DNA of 64,000 nt from Macrostomum lignano (taxonomy: Eukaryota): NCBI GenBank assembly GCA_002269645.1, contig NIVC01000477.1, positions 1-64,000 of the forward strand. The letters are read 5' to 3'. Position 1 is the first letter of the stretch. Each line of letters opens with the position of its first letter. Under the pieces are notes generated by a model that saw only the letters and a list, made by a program, of their open reading frames with translations, did no database searches and was not told the DNA's origin. A program made the translations under genes and the position numbers. Positions 58,201-64,000 of the stretch are shown in pieces.

Positions 58201-58455
58201 CGACTTGTCCTAGAAAAGTAGTAGAGTTGTAACGAAAGTTAATGCAATCAGGGACTCTAATGTTTAGCGCAATCTTATTATTACTTTTTTAAATTTAAGT
58301 GTTGTTTAAAAATAATACTTTTTCGTCACTGTGTGTTTTGCTGCTTTATTATTTTGAATTGGATTAGATTTTGATTTAGAGGTTTAGAGACTTAGAGGTT
58401 TTTTAACCTGGATCAGCTCTTTAATATTTAACTTAAAGTTTTTTTTAAAATAAAC

Positions 58456-58515
58456 ATGAAGGACTCCTATCACACAAAGATTATCGCTACTATTTTGGAA
58501 CCCCTATCACAACAG
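58456..58515 (+). CDS. VCL: vinculin-family exon 1 (MKDSYHTKIIATILEPLSQQ)
   Basis: Resembles the vinculin N-terminus [19 protein letters not shown]; CAG|gtatga donor; absent from the ORF track. Confidence 0.82.
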
Positions 58516-59172
58516 GTATGAATTTTTTAATCTTTGAAATATAAAACAAATATAAAACATTATTTTTTTAATTTGTTGCATAAACCTACCCTAACAAAAC
58601 TAAAATTAACTTAAAACTTAAGCATTAACTTACTCTTGCATACTCAATGGTCAATGGTGGCTTATAGGGCTATATTTTCCATTGTAATTTATTATAAAAT
58701 TGATTAGTATTGTAAGAGCTATGCTTTTACTATCATGGTTCAATAAGTAATATTTGACATTTTCTGTTTCTAACTGCATCAGGATTCAAATGTTTTAATG
58801 CACTTCCTAAAAAACAGGCTATTAATTTAATTTATATTGGGACTATATTTTTAACATCTAGATTCTAGTAATATTAATTATTTATAATTATTATATATAA
58901 TTATATATTTATAATTATTTATAATTATAATTTATAGTTATAAACCTATCACTATTTTAAAATTTATCAATGTATTAAATTAAAGTGTTATTGCTTATAA
59001 TTAGAATAATTATAAATATATTTATTATAATTTAAAACTTTGCATTTATATTATTAGCTTTGCTATTCTTTTTAATAAGATATAGAGTATTACATAAAGA
59101 ATTAAAAATTAATCTTCAATTAAATAATATTGATCTAATTCTAGAGCTAAAAATAAGAGGATAAGCATCTTT

Positions 59173-59432
59173 GGGCCTTTTCATATTGCTTGTTACGGTT
59201 CCAGAACCAGAACCAATTTGTGAAGTATAACTTTTTGTCTCTATAACTAGAGAGAGATACGTGCTATAAAGTTTTTATTATTGAATGACAATCGCCAAGA
59301 AGAAAGTGAAAAATTGTGCTAAGTTAGGTTGTTAAGGCAGTCTAATATTAACAGAGTTTAATAGTTATACTGCTGTTTTTCTTGGAATTCCGAACCAATT
59401 CTGGTTCTAGAATTGGTAATATGAAAAGGCCC
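59173..59432. mobile_element. MITE with 15-bp perfect TIR (PIF/Harbinger-like)
   Basis: gggccttttcatatt (59173-59187) and aatatgaaaaggccc (59418-59432), TTT on both flanks; inner agaacc/ggttct inverted motifs. Confidence 0.7.
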
Positions 59433-59937
59433 TTTAAAATTTTTTGACTATAGAAAGGCTATTAGTAGTTCAAAAATATTAAATTTGATGTTTTGTTTTA
59501 TTAATAAAAATTGTTTTGCACTGGATCTGAATATGTTTAGAAATATCTAATGGTAAGTAGATTAATCAAATAATCTTATTAACTATTGATCTCTTATGCA
59601 TTATAAGAGGATAAAATATTACTTTCAAATTAGTTCAAATATTTTCAATTCTAATATTCTTAACCACAAATCAACCTACAATTTATTATAGCTAACAAAT
59701 TATTTTTTTTAGTTGACACATAGTTGCAATTAGAATTGTTGTTGCTAAGGCCAAATATTTGTTTTAAAAAGCTTACCAATAAATTGCATCTATATAGGTA
59801 TTGTAAATGTCTATTTTATGCATTGATCCTATATCATTCTGTCTATATGCATATTTCTTTCTGCCAGTCAGTCAATCAATCATTCTGTCTGTCTGTCTGT
59901 CTGTCTCAGTGTCCAAGCCCCGCCCCACCCTGCTCAG

Positions 59938-60228
59938 ATCTCCAACCTGATAGTCCTATATGAGTCCAGCTCAGATGGTCGCTGCCTGCCGGACCTTCGC
60001 GGTCCCGTGGCCGCCGTAGACGAAGCCGTCCAGCGGTTGATTCAAGTCGGCCAGGACACCGCAGCCAGCTCCAACGATCAGCGGCTAAACAAGCAGCTGA
60101 CTGCCAGCCTTCAGCGGGTGCCGCAGTCCAGTCGACTGCTTAAAGAGGCGGCTGAAATGTTCGTGCGCGACCCCAGCTCGGCCGAGGCTAAGCTGAAATT
60201 GGTGGAAGGTTCGCGAGGAATTCTGCAG
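59938..60228 (+). CDS. VCL: vinculin-family exon 2 (ISNLIVLYE...EGSRGILQ)
   Basis: tgctcag acceptor, CAG|gtaatt donor; matches vinculin head PDL..PVAAV..AV..L..VG and GSRGIL. Confidence 0.88.
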
Positions 60229-60274
60229 GTAATTTTCTACTCTTTACCTGTGTCTTTGCTACTGTTCTGTGGAT

Positions 60275-61012
60275 AGATTTAGTCTAGTGTAGCTATAACC
60301 TGTAGATAGATCTAGTCTAGTGTAGCTATAACCTGTAGATAGATCTAGTCTAGTGTAGCTATAACCTGTAGATAGATCTAGTCTAGTGTAGCTATAACCT
60401 GTAGATAGATCTAGTCTAGTGTAGCTATAACCTGTAGATAGATCTAGTCTAGTGTAGCTATAACCTGTAGATAGATCTAGTCTAGTGTAGCTATAACCTG
60501 TAGATAGATCTAGTCTAGTGTAGCTATAACCTGTAGATAGATCTAGTCTAGTGTAGCTATAACCTGTAGATAGATCTAGTCTAGTGTAGCTATAACCTGT
60601 AGATAGATCTAGTCTAGTGTAGCTATAACCTGTAGATAGATCTAGTCTAGTGTAGCTATAACCTGTAGATAGATCTAGTCTAGTGTAGCTATAACCTGTA
60701 GATAGATCTAGTCTTGTGTAGCTATAACCTGTAGATAGATCTAGTCTTGTGTAGCTATAACCTGTAGATAGATCTAGTCTAGTGTAGCTATAACCTGTAG
60801 ATAGATCTAGTCTAGTGTAGCTATAACCTGTAGATAGATCTAATCTAGTGTAGCTATAACCTGTAGATAGATCTAGTCTTGTGTAGCTATAACCTGTAGA
60901 TAGATCTAGTCTAGTGTAGCTATAACCTGTAGATAGATCTAGTCTAGTGTAGCTATAACCTGTAGATAGATCTATTCTAGTGTAGCTATAATTCTGTGAT
61001 TGGATCTAGTCT
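60275..61012. repeat. 33-bp minisatellite (tagatctagtctagtgtagctataacctgtaga)n
   Basis: direct reading. Confidence 0.96.
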
Positions 61013-61076
61013 CGCTATATAGACTCCAAAGCTCATAAATAATTTCGCTTGACAACCTCTTATCTTCCTACCGCAG

Positions 61077-61211
61077 GGCACTCACGAAATTTTGCTAGCC
61101 TGGGACGAATCTGAGGTGCGAAAAATTGTTGTCAATTGTCGCCTGCTGATTGACAGGCTGCAGCCAGTGTGCGGCATGGAGACTGAGGAACATCTGGTGC
61201 ACTTTATACAG
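61077..61211 (+). CDS. VCL: vinculin-family exon 3 (GTHEILLAWDESEVRKIV...); gene continues beyond the window
   Basis: ccgcag acceptor, CAG|gtcagt donor; vinculin GTSDLLLTFDEAEVRKI-like. Confidence 0.88.
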
Positions 61212-61254
61212 GTCAGTCAGGTTTGGTGAAGAGCGATAGTTTTCTGCTAAATTG

Positions 61255-62200
61255 ACTGTGTCTCCCTCTCAGCCCCTGTGTCTCCCTCTCAGCCCCTGTG
61301 TCTCCCTCTCAGCCCCTGTGTCTCCCTCTCAGCCCCTGTGTCTCCCTCTCAGCCCCTGTGTCTCCCTCTCAGCCCCTGTGTCTCCCTCTCAGCCCCTGTG
61401 TCTCCCTCTCAGCCCCTGTGTCTCCCTCTCAGCCCCTGTGTCTCCCTCTCAGCCCCTGTGTCTCCCTCTCAGCCCCTGCGTCTCCCTCTCAGCCCCCGTG
61501 TCTCCCTCTCAGCCCCTGTGTCTCCCTCTCAGCCCCTGTGTCTCCCTCTCAGCCCCTGTGTCTCCCTCTCAGCCCCTGTGTCTCCCTCTCAGCCCCTGTG
61601 TCTCCCTCTCAGCCCCTGTGTCTCCCTCTCAGACCCTGTGTCTCCCTCTCAGCCCCTGTGTCTCCCTCTCAGCCCCTGTGTCTCCCTCTCAGCCCCTGTG
61701 TCTCCCTCTCAGCCCCTGCGTCTCCCTCTCAGCCCCTGTGTCTCCCTCTCAGCCTCTGTGTCTCCCTCTCAGCCCCTGTGTCTCCCTCTCAGCCCCTGTG
61801 TCTCCCTCTCAGCCCCTGTGTCTCCCTCTCAGCCCCTGTGTCTCCCTCTCAGCTTCTGTGTCTCCCTCTCAGCCCCTGTGTCTCCCTCTCAGCCCCTGTG
61901 TCTCCCTCTCAGCCCCTGTGTCTCACTCAACCCCTGTGTCTCACTCAGCCCCTGTGTCTCCCTCTCAGCCCCTGTGTCCCTCTCAGCCCCTGTGTCTCAC
62001 TCAACCCCTGTGTCTCACTCAGCCCCTGTGTCTCCCTATCAGCCCCTGTGTCTCACTCAACCCCTGTGTCTCCCTCTCAGCCCCTGTGTCTCCCTCTCAG
62101 CCCCAGTCTCCCCCTCTCAGTCTCCCCTCTCAGTCTCCCCTCTCTGTCTCTCTTCTCAGTCTCTCCTCTAATTCTCTCCTCTCAGTCACCCTCTCAGTCT
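61255..62200. repeat. 20-bp minisatellite (cccctgtgtctccctctcag)n
   Basis: direct reading. Confidence 0.96.
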
Positions 62201-63029
62201 CCCAATTTCAATTTCCCAATAGTGTCTTCATCTCAGCCATTCGAGAAAGCTTTGGGTGTACTATATATCGATGGATTGATTTATTCCCACATTGCTGCTT
62301 TGCAGCCAAATTTCTTATATTAAAGATTAAATATAAGCCTGCTTACTTTAAAGTTAATCTTATAAAATTCAATTAAGTAAGGCATTTTTCTAAGAAGAGA
62401 AAGTGTCGAGAAAAAGCTTAGATACTACAGATTAGACTCTAGCATTGCTCTAATAGTATAGATAATACAATAAATTCAAATTAAGCGAGCCTCCTTATCT
62501 GTGTGGGAACTGCAATCTAATATAATATAGTAAGAACGCGGGCCTGGATATCGCATTTCTTCTTTAACGGTTTTTTCTTCAGTTTATCTCTGTGTACAGA
62601 GCAAAACTGTGCGACAGACACTGAAAAATTTAGTCGCAGTCAGGGAGGAAGGCCTGCTTGCCTGGCAAATGATGACTGTTGTCGTTTTTCCGCTTTCTAA
62701 ATACTGCCCCCCCCCCCCTCCTCTCTGTGTGCCAGTCTCTTTCGCTCTGTACATTTGTCCCCGAACTGTACTGTACTCGTAAACGCTATTTCAGTTCGGG
62801 TGGGATATGAAGGATGAAAATTCTAACTTTTTTTCGACTGTGTTTATTCAGCAGGCTTGAATTCTGCATGTCAACTTTTATTTTTAAGGCACCGACATAA
62901 ACTGGACAAGTCGTGAATCTATAAATAGTTTTAACTGTTTCAAAATTACTCATTAAAACTATTTTATGAATAATTAACCAGTTTTAGACAAAGACCAACT
63001 GGTAGACCGAATTTGATTAAAACTGACTG

Positions 63030-64000
63030 AGAGAGTGAGAGAGGGACAGATTGAGAGAAAGGAGATTGAGGGAGAGATTGAGAGGAAGGAGATTGAGAGG
63101 GAGGAGATTGAGAGGAAGGAGATTGGGAGGGAGGAGATTGAGGGAGAGATTGAGAGGGAGGAGATTGAGAGGGAGGAGATTGAGAGGGAGGAGATTGGGA
63201 GGGAGGAGATTGAGAGGGAGGAGATTGAGAGGGAGGAGATTGAGAGGGAGGAGATTGGGAGGGAGGAGATTGAGAGGGAGGAGATTGAGGGACAGATTGA
63301 GAGGGAGGAGATTGAGAGGGAGGAGATTGAGAGGGAGGAGATTGGGAGGGAGGAGATTGAGAGGGAGGAGATTGAGAGGGAGGAGATTGAGAGGGAGGAG
63401 ATTGGGAGGGAGGAGATTGAGAGGGAGGAGATTGAGGGAGAGATTGAGAGGGAGGAGATTGAGAGGGAGGAGATTGGGAGGGAGGAGATTGAGAGGGAGG
63501 AGATTGAGGGAGAGATTGAGAGGGAGGAGATTGAGGGAGAGATTGAGAGGGAGGAAATTAAGGTAGAGATTGAGAGGGAGGAGATTGAGAGGGAGGAGAT
63601 TGAGAGGGAGGAGATTGAGAGGGAGGAGATTGGAAGGGAGGAGATTGAGAGGGAGGAGATTGAGGGAGAGATTGAGAGGGAGGAGATTGAGAGGGAGGAG
63701 ATTGAGAGGGAGGAGATTGAGAGGGAGGAGATTGGGAGGGAGGAGATTGAGAGGGAGGAGATTGAGGGAGAGATTGAGAGGGAGGAGATTAAGAGGGAGG
63801 AGATTGAGAGGGAGGAGATTGAGGGAGAGATTGAGGGAGAGATTGAGAGGGAGGAGATTGAGAGGGAGGAGATTGAGAGGGAGGAGATTGGGAGGGAGGA
63901 GATTGAGAGGGAGGAGATTGAGGGAGAGATTGAGAGGGAGGAGATTAAGAGGGAGGAGATTGAGAGGGAGGAGATTGAGGGAGAGATTGAGAGGGAGGAG
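63030..64000. repeat. 15-bp purine-rich minisatellite (gagagggaggagatt)n, runs off the window
   Basis: direct reading. Confidence 0.96.

Overview
Eukaryotic (metazoan) genomic DNA, not prokaryotic. It has GC-rich GT-AG exons separated by introns that are mostly filled with tandem repeats. The style resembles the flatworm Macrostomum lignano; that is an inference I could not check. Four spliced genes could be rebuilt by hand with consistent exon phases. (1) The 3' part of an ADAMTS-like/punctin-type gene on + (TSP1 repeats, Ig domain, C-terminal PLAC; stop at 12061). (2) A complete 15-exon DLEC1/CFAP81 on - (39554 to 20396, about 1770 aa). (3) A 4-exon AKAP1-like KH-Tudor gene on + (43436-55287, about 644 aa). 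(4) The first three exons of a vinculin-family gene on + (from 58456). Almost all long ORFs in the supplied track are artefactual translations of minisatellites. The main observation is that 26 of 29 reconstructed introns carry their own, different tandem array, and in three places the repeat supplies or abuts the splice signal. Also seen: a Penelope-like relic with inverted arms, each holding a minimal hammerhead ribozyme core; a tRNA-derived SINE whose tail resembles the 3' end of a nearby LINE relic; several TIR elements; an array made of DR3/DR4 nuclear-receptor-like motifs; and 3' splice-acceptor-like sites 14-17 nt upstream of all three start codons.
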